Assembly (NCBI GenBank): GCA_001724265.1 | Contig: MEDY01000058.1 | Location: 1-64,000, forward strand | Length of the DNA stretch: 64,000 nucleotides | Reading direction: 5' to 3' | Origin: Rhizaria sp. SCN 62-66 | Lineage: Eukaryota | Shown: positions 11,601 through 24,100 of the stretch, piece after piece | Numbering within the stretch: position 1 is the first letter of the stretch | Layout: every line of letters begins with the position of its first letter | Notes under the pieces: model-generated | The model's database searches: none | Told to the model about the DNA's origin: nothing | The model's input: the letters and a program-made list of their open reading frames with translations, nothing else | Program-made: the position numbers and the translations under genes

Positions 11601-14600
11601 CCGTGTCGCCGCCCTCGGCCGCGGACAGCGCGGCCGCGGCGGCAAGCGTGGCGGCGGGCGCGCCGGGCGGCGGACGCGGGCGCAGCGTGAAGCGGCGCAT
11701 GACGGGCAGGTAGGGCGCGAGGTTCGGCGCGAACCGCGGCATGACGCGCATGGCGACCCAGCGCGCAATGGGCGCGTCCAGGATGTGCCACGCCTCGCGC
11801 AGGATCGTCAGGTCGGGCGCGGCCAGCACCTCTGCGGCGGCCGCGGTCGCCGCCGAGGGCACGAGCGCGAAGTAGAGCGCGGCCCAGTAGGCCGCGGGCA
11901 GCGTGAGCACGGGCACCAGGTAGGTCGGCACGTGCGGCGCTACGGCCCCCGCGGCGTCGGCGTAGGCGCGCACGGTGGCGTAGAATATGTCCATGACGCG
12001 CTTCACGGTCAGCAGCTGCCAGCTCGAGTTGTACCAGAAGGCCTGCTCCAGGAACGGCGGCACGCGCTCCAGCAGCCACGTCGAGAGGTACGCCGTGCTC
12101 TCAGTCACCGAGGCCGGCACCGGCGGCTGGACCAGCGCCGCAGCCGCGGGCGGCAGCAGAACGGCGGCGCCGGCGCCGGGGGCCGCGCCGGAGCCCGGCG
12201 AGCCGGCAATGAAGCTCGCCATGGCGCCGGCGCCAGGGCCAGAGCCCGCGGGTGCGAGGAGGATCGGCGACGCCCGGGGGTCGCCGGGCACTGCGGCCGC
12301 CGCGGCGGTCTGCCGTTGCTGTTGCTGCTGCTGCTGTTGCTGCTGCAGCTGGAGCATTTGGAGTTGTTGCTGCTGCAGATGGTTCGCGTTGTGCTGTTGC
12401 AGCGCCAGTCCAACCGCCGCCGTTATTGCGTTTGCGACCGCGGTTGCAACGGCGATGTTGATGGCGTAGCTCGGCGCAGAGCTGCCGCTACCGCTCGCAG
12501 TTGCATTGGCACTGGAGACGACTGCGGTAGAAGCCACGGGTGCGATAAGGCTAGAGCTAGAGCTAGAGCTAGAGCTAGAGCTGGAGCTAGAGCTAGAGCT
12601 AGAGCTAGCGGTGGCACTCGCACCGGTATTGCTGCTGTCGCTCGCAGTGATGGCCAGTTCAGTGTCGGCGGGAGTCGCAGTCGCGCTCGCAGCTCTGCTC
12701 GTCGCACTGCTGCTGCTGTTGTTATTGTTCGCATTAGCGTAGGCGTTCGCAGCGACTGCGGTGGCGAGAGCGGCGGCCATGAGCGCCGCGGCGGTGACGT
12801 CTGCGGTGCCCGCAGCCGCCGCGACCGAGGGGGCAGTGCGCAGCGTAAGCGCGCGCAGCCGCTGCGGCACCGCGTGCGGCGGCAGCGGCGCCGAGGCGGG
12901 CAGCAGCGGCGGCGGCGCGGCGGCCAGCGCGGCCAGCGCCGCCGCGGCAGCCGTGGCCGCGGCAGCGAGCGCCTCAGTCTCCGCACCGTCCACGCTGCTC
13001 GATGCGCCGTTGGCGTTGGCGGTTGCGTTTGCGCTGAAGAGGCCAGCGAGCGACGCGTACGAGGGCGACACGGCGGGGGCGTGGCCCAACCCGGTCCTCG
13101 TGACGGGCGTGGCCGCGCCGCCGCTGACGGGGCTGGAGCTGGGACCCGGGGCCACCGGGGCTGCGGCAGCGTAAGGCGTCGGGACGGGCGGCCGGTCGGA
13201 GACGGAGAACGAGCGCTTGGACTCGGCCGCTGCAGCTGCTGCTGCGGTCGACGCGTAGACGATCGGCGTGGCGGGAATCTTGGCGCCCGTCGTGGATGGC
13301 GTGTACGCGCCGCCGAAGCCGCCCTTGGCCACGGGCTCCAGGATCGGGGACGAGACCGAGCGCGACGCGGCCGAGTGCGCCAGACTGACGCCGGCGTCGG
13401 TGTACGCGCCGCCCAGGGACCCCGTGTAGGCGCCGGTCGCGACGCTCGCGTTGGCGGCGGACACGGCGGCCGCGAGCGCGGCCAGCGCGCTGCTGAACGC
13501 TGCTCCGGCGTTCGTCGCCGCGTTTGCATTGGCGTATGCGTAGCTGGGCGCGGTGACGCGCGTGATGTGGCTCGCGCCCGCCTCGGTGCCCGCGGCGGCG
13601 GCGACGGGGTCCGAGAGCATCAGCACGGCCGAGTGGTAGCTGTTGACGTTCATGTTGCTGTTGCTAATGATGCTGCTGCTCCCCGCTGGCGATTTCCCGC
13701 TGCCACCGCTGCTGCCGCCTGTGCTCGCGCTGCCGCTGACGCCACCAGCAGCGGCGACGGCAGCGTTGGCCGCCGCGGCCGCCGCGCGCCCCGCGCTGCC
13801 GCCAATAGCGGCTGCAGCGGCCGCGGCTGCGGCGACGACCGCTCGCTGCGGGCGCAGCGGCGGCAGCAGCAACCCGGGCAGCCAGGCCGAGAGCGAAGCG
13901 GCGGCGGCCGAGGCGGTGCAGTAGGCCGGCGTGGCCGTGAGTACGAGCGACAGACCTGCCGAGACCGCGGCCAGCCGCTCGCCGTCGGAAACGGACGCGA
14001 GAGTGAAGCCGTTGTTCACAGGATTGCTCGCGCTGTTGAGGTTGTTGTTGCTGCTGGAGTTGGTCCTCGTGTTGCTGCCCAGCGGCGCGAGCGACGCCGT
14101 TGTCGCAGATCCAGAGCCCTGGACAGTCGTTGGCGCGAGAGAGCTGGACGTCGCATAACTGCTTCCGGCCGCCACATTGCTGCTATTCGATGCCAGCCGC
14201 GGCATCAACGCCACGCCGCCGCTCACCACGGCCAGCTGCTGCCCGATACCCGCGCTCGCGCCCGCGGCGGAGTGCGCGTGCGTCGCCGCAAGCTGCTGCA
14301 GGGCGCCCTGCATGGCCGCGGCGGCGGCGCCCGCGGGCGTGCGGATGACGTGCGGCGCGCGCAGCGCCTCCTCAGCGGCCGCGGCGTCGGCGTCGGTGAT
14401 GGACACGGCAACGTGCCACAGGTCGAGCAGCACGCGGAGCCGCGCGTGCAGCACGGCCAGCCGGCGCACGGCCGCCGCGGTCGCGCGCTGGTACTGCAGG
14501 TAGATGAGCACCGGGATCACCAGCAAACGGCACGTGAAGGACATCAGCGGCGGGCCGACGCGCGCCACGACTGACCACAGCGTCGACAGACGCAGCCAGC

Positions 14601-15848
14601 CGCGGACCGCGCGATGGGGCGCGGTGGAAGCGGCGCCGGCGCCGGCGGCAGAGCCAGCAGCTGCGTTGGCGTTTGCGCCATTGGCGCTCTTGCTTTTGCT
14701 ACGGAAGACACCGGTGATCGAGGAAAACAGTGATTGCTTTGATGCAGTGTTAGCGGCCTTCGCAGTTGCATTAACGGCGCTGACGTTTGCGACAAAATGC
14801 GCGCCACTGTCGTGCAGTCCCATGTGGACACTGCTGCTGCCGCCTGCGTCCGCGGCGCTGGCGCTGGCGTTTGCGGTGGGCATGAACGCGGCGTGCAGAG
14901 TCGAGAAGTGCGAGTGCCCAGGCAGCGCCGAGCCCAGTCCGTTGCCGACTCCGCTGCCGGCGATCGACGCAGCCGCATTCGCAGCCGCGGCAGCAGCTGC
15001 GGCCGCGCTAGAGCCGTTTCCGCCCGAGCTGCCGTGCGCGCCGCCACTGCCGCTGTTGTGGCTGCTGCCGTGGCCGCTGCTGCTGGTGTGATGATGGTGG
15101 CTGTGGCCGAGCGAGAACGGCGCCCCCGCCACGCTGGCCGCGCCGGCAACTGCCGCTGCCGCCGCCGCCGCCGCGGCCGCCGCGGGCCCCTTGTTGGCCG
15201 CCGTGGACGCGACGGCCTCCGCGGCGGCGGCGACGGAGCGGACCTTGCCCCAGCCCCAGGCGAGCGCGCGGAAAGCGGCGCGAACGGCGGCGGGGTACAT
15301 GAGGGGTGTGAGCAGCAGCCAGTGCGAGCGCGAGGTGATGTATGTGCGGAAGCCGGGCATCTCGCCCCGCACGCGGTCCAAGTGCTCAACGATGGCGTCG
15401 ATGGTGCGCGAGAGGTGCGTCAGCAGCGCTAGCATGCCGCCGCTTGTGTTGCGGAAGCGCAGCACGGCCCTCGCGTGGTCGCGCGACGACGCCACCGCGA
15501 AGCCGCCCGGGCCGCCGAACTGCACCGTCGACCCCACGGCGGCCGCGGCGGAGGCGGCCGAGGCCGCGGCGGCGGCCACGGCGGCCGGGGGCAGTGAGAG
15601 GACGTTATAGGGAGCGTTCACGTTAGCTGCGGCGCTGTTGTTGTTGTTAGTGTTATTGTTATTGTTATTGTTATTGTTATTGTTCGCGATGGTGGTGTTG
15701 CTGGGGGTGTACGTGTTGGACAGAGGCGCCGTGGCGTAGGCGTAAGTGCCCTGCTGCTGGTTCCCCGAGTAAGGGCCGCCGACTGAGGTCGCGCGCGATA
15801 CGCCTGGCATCGACTGCTGCTGCTGCTGCTGCTGCTGTTGCTGCTGCT

Positions 15849-15910
<62 letters not shown>

Positions 15911-16445
15911 TGTTGCTGCTGCTGCGCAGCGTGGGAGACGGTGGCAGGGATCGGCGGCGGCGTCGAGTAGAACGACAGGCCGGCGCCCGTGGTGCTTTGC
16001 AATCCGCCGGCGCTCAGCAGGCCGCCGGTGGTGACGTTGCTCATCCCCGTCGTCAGGCGGTGCATACCGCCGGACACGAGGAAGTCAGGCGACCCCGCGC
16101 CCGCGCCCGCGCTCGCGCTGGGGTTAATCGTGCTCGTGGCAGTGTCGAACGACTGCGAGCTCGACATCAGCGTCACTCCCGTTGCCGCGGCGACCGGCAT
16201 CGGCACAGACGCTGGCACTGGGGTGCCCGGAGTCGCGAACGGAGGCCTGCCAGCGTTGGCGACTGCGGCGCCCGCGGTAAAATCTGCAGCGCCACTGCTG
16301 CTGCCAAGATTGTGTGCGCCGAGCGCGGCGGCGGGCGTCGTCAGCGGCGCCACGGGCGCGAAGGTCGGCGTCGCAGCACCGGTCGCGAGCGTCAGCGGCG
16401 GCGGCCGCGGCCTCGAGCCCAGCACGCCACCCGCGCCACTGCCAC

Positions 16446-16522
<77 letters not shown>

Positions 16523-19500
16523 TGTTGTGCCGCGCTGGCAGCGGCCCCCATGGCGTGGAGCGGCGTGCCGGCGACGTTGCCGAGAACCGTGGGTCCCAGC
16601 CGCGGGCTCGGCGCCGCGGACCCCGTGAGCAGCATCAGGGCGCCCAACCCGCCAGCCGCCGCCGCCGCCGCCGCCGCCGCGGCCACCGGGCCGCCAGGAG
16701 CCGCGCCGGGCTGCGCCGCCGCAGCGGTAACGGCGGCGGCGGCCGCGGCGGCGGCGGCCACGGCTGAGGCGGAGGCGGAGGCCGAGGACACGGTTGGTGG
16801 CAGCGAGGGCGTCGGCGATGGTGACGCGGCGATGCCCAGCCCGAGGCCGTGGCCGTGGCCGTGCGCGTGACTGTGGGCGGCGGCAGTAATCGACGCGGCA
16901 GTCGTGGTCGGCGGAATCGGCATCGGGTGCGCCGTGGGCGTCAGGGCGGGCGACAGGAAGCTAAGTCGCGCATCCAAGTTAGGCCGCGCCGTCTGAGACG
17001 GGTCCGTGATGTTTTGCGCGTTCGCAGGGAGGTAGTTTCCACCGGAACCGGTCGAGGACGACGCAGACACAGTCACAAACAGCGCCGTGCCGCCCGTGCC
17101 GGTACCTGCCGCGGTCGCAGCGCCACTCAAACCAGCGCCGGCGTTCGTCTCGCCCGCAAGAGCGGACTGCTGCGGCGGCTGCGGAGGCAGCGACACCGAG
17201 GCTTGGGCGTCGGCGGCGGCGAGCGCGCCGCTCTGTCCGCCGGCGGCGCTGCCGCTAGCGCCGCTGTTCTGCGCCGGGGCCGCGTGGCTGTGCGGCGCGA
17301 GCGACGGCGGGTGCACCGACTGGGCCCGGACGTGCTTCACGGACGGCGGCCGCGGGTACCTGCCCTGCGAGCTGACGTAAGCGCCGGCCTGACTGTAGGG
17401 CACGCCGAAGCTCGCGTTCGGGCTGCCTGATGGCATCGCGCTGTTGCCTGCGGCACTGCCATTCGCGTTTGGTGCAGCGACGTAGTAGCTTGCGTTGGGA
17501 GAGGCGGAAGCACTGTTAGTGTTACTCGCCAGATACCGCTGCTGCTGTTGCAACCAGAGCTGCTGTTGTTGATGTTGCTGCTGAGCCTGCGCCTGCGCCT
17601 GTGCGGCTGCCGCTGCCGCCGCCGTGGCCGCAGCCACTGCCGCTGTGGCGGCGGCCTCGTCGCTGTGGATGCGCTGCGCGTACTGCAGCAGCGCGCGCTC
17701 GACGACGGCAACAGTGAGGGTCATTTTGCGCAGCTCGCGCACCACGGGGCCCGAGCGGATGAGGGTCTTGGTGCCCACGGCGTCGCAGATGAGCCGGTCC
17801 GCGGCCGCAGAGGCCGTCAGCAGCGCGTTCAGGCACCGCACGCGCCAGCGCGACTGCGAGAACACGTAGTCCGGGCCGGAGAAACGGTCGCCAACGAGCC
17901 GGCGCGGGCGCTGTGCCGCCGCCGAGTCCGTCGCAGACGCCGCCGCGTTGTCGGCGGCGGCGGCGTTGGCGATGGAAGAGCGCGAGCGCGAGCGGGAGCG
18001 GGAGCGCGAACCGCGGCCGCGCCGCTGCTGCTGGTGTGGCTGCTGCTGCTGGCGACTGACGGCGTTGTTGTTACTCGAGTGATTGACGCTGCCGCGGCGA
18101 CGGCGGCGGCCACGGGCGGTGCCGTTGTTATTATTGTTGCCGTAAGCGCCTTCGCCGTCATCGTCGTCGTCATCATCATCGTCGTCGTCGTCGCTGGCGT
18201 CGCCGTCGCTGCGGCAGAACCCGCGGCCCTTGTCTTCCCGGCGCCGGCGCCGGCTGCGGCGGCCGCTCCCGTCGACGTCGACGTCGTCGTCGTCATCGTC
18301 GTCGTCGTGCGCGCTCTCGCTCCCGCGGGGCGCGGCGGCCTTGGCGCCGGCGCCGGCCTGCTCGGGGCCGGGCAGCAGAGTGGCCACGCCCGCGGAGTTG
18401 ATGTAGAACATGTTGGCGCCGTTGCCCGCGCCGGGGTGGCTGCTGAAGCTCGACATGTTGGCGTTGTTTTGATTGTAGTCTCGGAAGCTACCGCTGCCCT
18501 CCATGTCCCCTTCCAAGACAGCGCCGACACCGCCAGTCTCAGCGGCAGAGCCCGCGAACTGGCCGTGGGCAGCGTTCGGGTAGCCCTGGGCGTACGGAAA
18601 CGATTGTCCGCTGTTGTTACCGTAGTAGTTCGCGCTGTTGTTCGACGCATACATACTGCTATTGGTGTTGTTGTTGCTGCTCGCGTCACGGCCACCGCGG
18701 CGGTGCGCGCCTGAGCCGGAGCCGGAGCCGTAGCTGGCGTTGGCGTTATTGCTGGCATAAGTCGCAGCGGCAACAGTGGGTGGGACCATCGCGGCCTCCG
18801 AGCCCAGACTGAGGCTGAAGGGCAGCGGCAGCGGCAGCGGCAGCGGGCGCGGCGCCGCCTGCTTGGGCATCGGCGGCACCGTCCCCAGCCCCCCGCCCAC
18901 GTGTCCCCCCATGTGCGCCGTCGCGGGCACGGTCACGGGGACTGTGCTGGCGATCGCGAGCGGGACCGTCGTGCTGGCGCTGGCGCTGTGCAGCGCGCCG
19001 TGCATGGCCGGGAACGGTGAGTGCGATTGGGACTGGGATTGGGATTGCGACTGGGACTGCGCCTGAGAGTGGGCGTGCGCCTGCGGGTAATAACCGGAGT
19101 TACCATACAGCTGCTGTTGTTGTTGTTGTTGTTGTTGCTGTTGCTGCTGGAATAAATAATGTTGCTGTTGATGCTGTAGCGCATGCGGCAGTGGCTGCGA
19201 CAGCGGCAGCGGCAGCGGCAGCGGCAGCGGATGCAGCGGCGGCGACGGCGACGGCGTCGGGTACGCGAACGATGGCTGCTGTTGTTGCTGTAGTTGCATC
19301 ATGTGCTGGTGCGCCTGCATCAGCTGCTGTTGCTGTTGCTGCGGCGTCATCACGCCGGTGCTGCCCATCGCGCTCCCGCCGAGGTTGCTTTGCGGGAACA
19401 TGTAGTGCGGCTGCTGCACCGCGCCGAGGTACGACCCGCCAGCGCCGGCCGCGGCCGCAACAGGCATGCTGGCGCTGGAGCCGTTGCCGCCGCCGCCGCT

Positions 19501-20523
19501 GGTGTAGCTCTTGCTGCTGCTCGTGGGGCTAGGAACCGGCAGCGCGCCCGCGTTGGCCGCCGAGGGCGGGCCGTACATCGCCGCGGGGTTGTAAGGGCCC
19601 TGCGCGTAAGTGGGGCTTCCCAGCGGCGGCGATCCCGCAGTCAGACCGGGGCCGGCAGTCGCGGCGGCAACGGCGGCGGCGGCAGCAGCGGCGGCGACGG
19701 GCGTGTTGGCGTTTGCACTAGCGACGCCCGTGTGCGGCGCCGGCGGGGGCAGCATGAGTGGGACGAGGGACGGCGGCAGCGGCAGCGGCAGCGGCAGCAG
19801 AGAGGACGACGACAGAGTTGACTGCGGCTGCGGTTGCTGCGGTTGCTGATTGTAGTACTGCTGCTCAATGCCCTGATGGTGTTGATGAGACATAGACTGG
19901 GACGAAGCCTGGGTCTGGGGCAGAGCCGGCGTCTGCGCCTGGGACTGCGATACAGATTGGGGCGGGGAAGGAGCCGGACCACGGCCAAGCCCAATGCCAA
20001 GGCCACCGCCGGTGACGGCGGCGGCGGCGGCGGCGTCAACGGCGCTGGCGCCGGGGAACGGCATCGCTGACAGCAGATAAGGCCTGGCTGGCGCGAGCGC
20101 GAGGTCGCCATCATCGCTCTCGGGCTCCAGTTCCGCGAGATTCTCCTCCTCGTCGTCATCGTCGTAGTCCTCGTCGTCCTCGTCGCCGTGCTGGCTGTCG
20201 CCAGCGTCGTCACTGCCGTCGTCGTCGTCGTCCGACGAGCTGCCGCCGCGCGCCGCAGCCGCCGCCGCCGCAGCCGCGCGCGACCGGGAGCGCGACCGCG
20301 AGTGCTGTCGGCCGCGCGTCGCGCCCGCGCCGCCGTAGGGCACCGTGGCCACCGCGGCGGCCGTAGGGCGCGTGCCGCCGCGGGTCTGTGAGCGGGAGCG
20401 AGAGCGCGAGCGGCCCGCACCAGCGCCGGGGCGGCGGCGACTGACGTGGGGAGCTTGGGTGCCGTAGTACGGGAGGGATCCGCCGCCAGTGCCGGGACCG
20501 TGGCGGCTGCCCAGAAAGGACAT
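8648..20523 (-). CDS. Giant (~3,850 aa) hormone-sensitive-lipase-like (GDXG family) alpha/beta hydrolase; exons 20523-10345, 10207-9858, 9686-8648
   Basis: C-terminal motifs LFLHDGGF, YSRTPERAYPHALLE, TGACSGGNLAA, AYP..SPSRSLYMGDPIVP, ISPALA..LPPT..LDPFVDD and DLPHGF are collinear with HSL. Two GTACG..AG introns restore the frame. The N-terminal ~3,300 aa is largely low-complexity. TAA stop. Confidence 0.8.
12550..12609. repeat. (GCTAGA)n hexamer tandem repeat encoding poly-Ser on the minus strand
   Basis: About 10 near-perfect copies are directly visible. Confidence 0.9.
15814..15924. repeat. (CTG/TTG)n triplet repeat = 37-Gln tract in the HSL-like protein
   Basis: Directly visible; translates to poly-Q in the 3418-aa ORF. 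Confidence 0.95.
16447..16527. repeat. (CTG)n triplet repeat = 27-Gln tract in the HSL-like protein
   Basis: Directly visible. Confidence 0.95.
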
Positions 20524-21182
20524 CACGCGGGGGCAGGGGGCAGGGGCGGGGGCTCGGGTCAGGAAAAGTCTTGGGTCCGGGAAAGGGCGTTGGGGGGCAG
20601 GAGGCGAGGGGCAAGGTGGGTCTGTCGACTCGACTACAGAAAATCACGGGCACAGAGTCAGGAGCAAGTTGTGATGAGGTTTTTCATATATAACTAAGCA
20701 CTGAGCAACTATAATAGACGCATGTCTTCATTGTAAACTTTTTGACGACAAGTTGCAAGTGCTGGAACATAACAAAAATCTTGGCCATCTCAGTCGAGGA
20801 GGGCGATGGGAGAGACGACTGTGCGCAGCCCTCTCAGCAATCTTCATTATATTACGAATCACATGCTGTAGATCCGAGGAAATGTTATGCAGGTGTTATG
20901 TATAGACATGACATGTTAATTTTTACTTGGCCTCTCAATATTATGCTTAGATCTCACCGAATACCTTCGATCCACACCTTACTTTAGACCCGACTTGGAC
21001 TCGCTCTTTGCGTTTAATCTCCCCTCACACGTATCAGTGTCCAGCGCCCCGTAAACGCGTGCTTCTACGCACGAAGCTCCGTGCAAAACAGAGAAATTTG
21101 TATTGTTTCTCTTGGTGTGCTGTGCGATTTGAATTACTTGTGCTCTCTGCGCTGCAAAGCCTGAACTCGTCTGCTCCACCAA

Positions 21183-24100
21183 ATGAGCTTAGCGTCCGCC
21201 TCGGCGTCCTCCGCCGCAGGCCCAGCTCCCGCGCCTGTGGCTCTGCTCCCGTCTGCGCCCACGCCCGCGTTTTCTGCCACTGCGCCGCCTGCCCTTTCCT
21301 TTCTCCGCGCCGCGCAGAAGCCCTCCGCGCGCGCGCTGGCCGACGCCGGCGGCGACATGCTTGACTTTCTCGGCAGCACCAGCACCAGTGCCGCCACCGA
21401 CGCTGACGGGGGCAGCGCGGGCGACGGCGCTGGCGCGGGCTATAAGAAGCCTGTCAAGGCCGCGGCGCGTTTGGCCCGCCGCGCCCCGCTAGCCGGCGCT
21501 GCCCCGCGCCCTTCCGCCTCCGCCTCAGCATCAGCCACAGTCTCAGCCACAAACGCGATAACTACGACTGCTGCTAAGCGCAGTGATGTGCTTGGCGATG
21601 ACCTGACTCCCGGCGAGCGCGCATACCTCGCTCTGGCCGCGCAGCCGCCCCTCCCGGCCTCATCCGCCGTCGCCGCCACTGAGTCCTCCGCCGCTGACGC
21701 CGCCGCGCCGCAGCTGCCGCCGCTGCCGCAGCCGCTGTCTCGACTGCTTCCCGCGCTGCCTGCGGCGCTCTTCGCGCCCACCACAGCGGCCGCGGCGGCC
21801 GCGGCGGCGCACGGCCCCGGCGCGGCGTCGGTGCCGCTGGCGAGCGCGCTGTCGGTGACCCCGAACCAGTTCATCGCGGCCTCGGCTGCCTCGAGTCGGC
21901 ACGGCGGCATGAGCCACTCGAGCGACGGCAGCGGCAGCGGGCTTTGGCAGGCGCCGCTGGTCACGCAGCAGCAGATCGCCGGCAGCAAGCGCTACAGCCA
22001 GAGCAACAAAGGGTTTGATATCAACGACGGCACGATGTACTTCAACAGCGCATTCCCCGACACCAGCAGCGCTCTCACCCGGCAGCAGCTGCAGCAGCAG
22101 CAGCGCTTCGCGGCCGACTACCCCACTGCGCACGCGTTCGCCACCGCGGCCGCCGGCTCTCTGACCGCGCTCACGCTCGGCGACTGGGAGGCCGCGATCG
22201 CGCGCTACGCGCCGCGCGGCACGGCCAGCGGCCTAACTTCGGGCGCAGGCGGCCTGGCTTCTGCCGCGACGCTCGAGGTGCTGAACCCGGACGACCCTGA
22301 ATACTCTCACCGTAATAGCAGTGTGGACAGCGGCAGTCAAAGGCAGGGCGCGGGCAGGAGGGCCCTTAACAGCCATGCCGCCGCCGCCGCTGGCAACGGC
22401 GACAACGCTGCCATGGGAGCCGCCATTGGCCTCGGCGTCAGCGCCTGCCTCCGCTTTCCCCACAACAACACGGTCTCGGCTGCGGCGACCTCGGCAGGCA
22501 GCCTCATTAGCGCCGACGCCGGCGCCGGCGGCAGCGCGGGCGGACTTGGCGGGGCCACAGGCTCCGGCTGGGGTGGTTCCGTCCTTCGCCCGCCCACAGC
22601 GACAGATCTGCTCGCGGACTCATGCTCGCAGGTGTCGCAGGCGCAGCGGCAGCGGGCACAGGCGCTGATGCTGCTCGACGCGCGCAACCTCGACGACGAG
22701 CACCACTTGCAGCAGCAGCACACGCATGCGTTATTCGGAGCTCAGTCTAACAATGGCAGCTATGCAACGAGCGATGACTTTTATTACAGCGACGACGACG
22801 ACGACGCTGAGCCCGCTACATCAGCCCAGTCGCAGCAACAGCGTAAGTCAGCGGCCGCTGCTGCTGCGGCTGCTGCTGCCGCCAAGGCGCCTCTGTTCGG
22901 CGCCCAAGTCTCTGCCTCCGTCGCCGCCTCCACGGCCGCCGCGTCCCAGCTGCCCTTCCGCGCGTCCCACGCCGTCGCCGCGGCCGTTGCGGCCACGCAG
23001 CCACGCGGGCTGTCCGCGGCCGTGACGCGCGCTGTGCAGCGCCTGGGCCGCAACCGCGCGCTCGCGCACGGGCTTTGGGGCCCGTTGTTGCGGCGGCTGC
23101 TCGCCCCGGCGCCGGCGCGCGTGGCGCTACGGCTGCCCGTCACCATCGATGCGGGCGACGGCCGTGTGGTCCGCGACTCGGTCTTCCGCGCCATCCTCGC
23201 GTACGGCGCCACGGGCAACATCGCCGCCGCGGCCGCCGCAGCCGCAGCCGCGAGCAGCAGCAGTGCGACGGCGGCGGTGTTGAAGGACCCTTCGGACATG
23301 CTGCTGCTGCTCTCTGCGGACTCGGACTCGGCGGGCGCGAGCCGCGCGCGGCCGGACGCGCTGCGACACTCGGACCCCGCGCTGCGGCTGTCGGCCGTGT
23401 GGTTCAAGCCGGACCTGTCGTACGACGAGCTGCTCAACTGGCACCGCCCTCAGCTGGCTGTGGACCTGCTCTCGCGGCCGCCGCTGCCCGGCGCGGAACC
23501 CACCGACTCGGACTCGGGCTGCGACGCCGACGCAGAGCCCCCCGCGGGCGCCGTATCGGACACGCCCACTGCGGCAGCTGCGCGCGACGTCTTGAACCGG
23601 TCGATCCTCGATGCGGCGGCCGCGGCCGGTGCGTGGCTGCCGCCGCCGCCCGCGCGCGCGTTGCCCGCGGCGGGCCGTGAGCCGTCAAAGCTGCAGCGGC
23701 TATGGCTGCAGCTGCGGCAGGACGAACGCCGGCGCCTGCGCCGCATGCGCCGCCGCGTGCGCTCAGTCCGCAGCTCGCCGTTCGCCTTCCCGGCCGTGAG
23801 CCCCGCGCTGCGCTGCGAGCTGGCGCAGCGCCGGCCACTTGCGGCGCCGCTTGCGCGCCCGCAGCACGCGCAGCCGCTGTTTCCTGGCATCCCACTGCGG
23901 CTGGAGGAGGACACGGCACTGGCCGCGGCGCCCGCCGGGTGGCTGCTGCGGCTGCAGAAGGCGCCCGCGCTGTCGCCGGCCGCCGCGGGCGCGTTCCTGG
24001 CCCGGACCGCCGCGTCGGGCTACAACAGCAGCAACAGCAACAGCGTCACGGGCGGCGGCGTCGACAGACACGGGCTCGTGCCCAAGGCCGTCGTCGACGT

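Noticed and set aside
10361-20697. Long plus-strand ORFs (e.g. 10834..14574, 1246 aa) opposite the HSL-like gene
   Set aside because: Shadow ORFs caused by high GC and triplet repeats; Arg/Gly-rich with no recognisable motifs.
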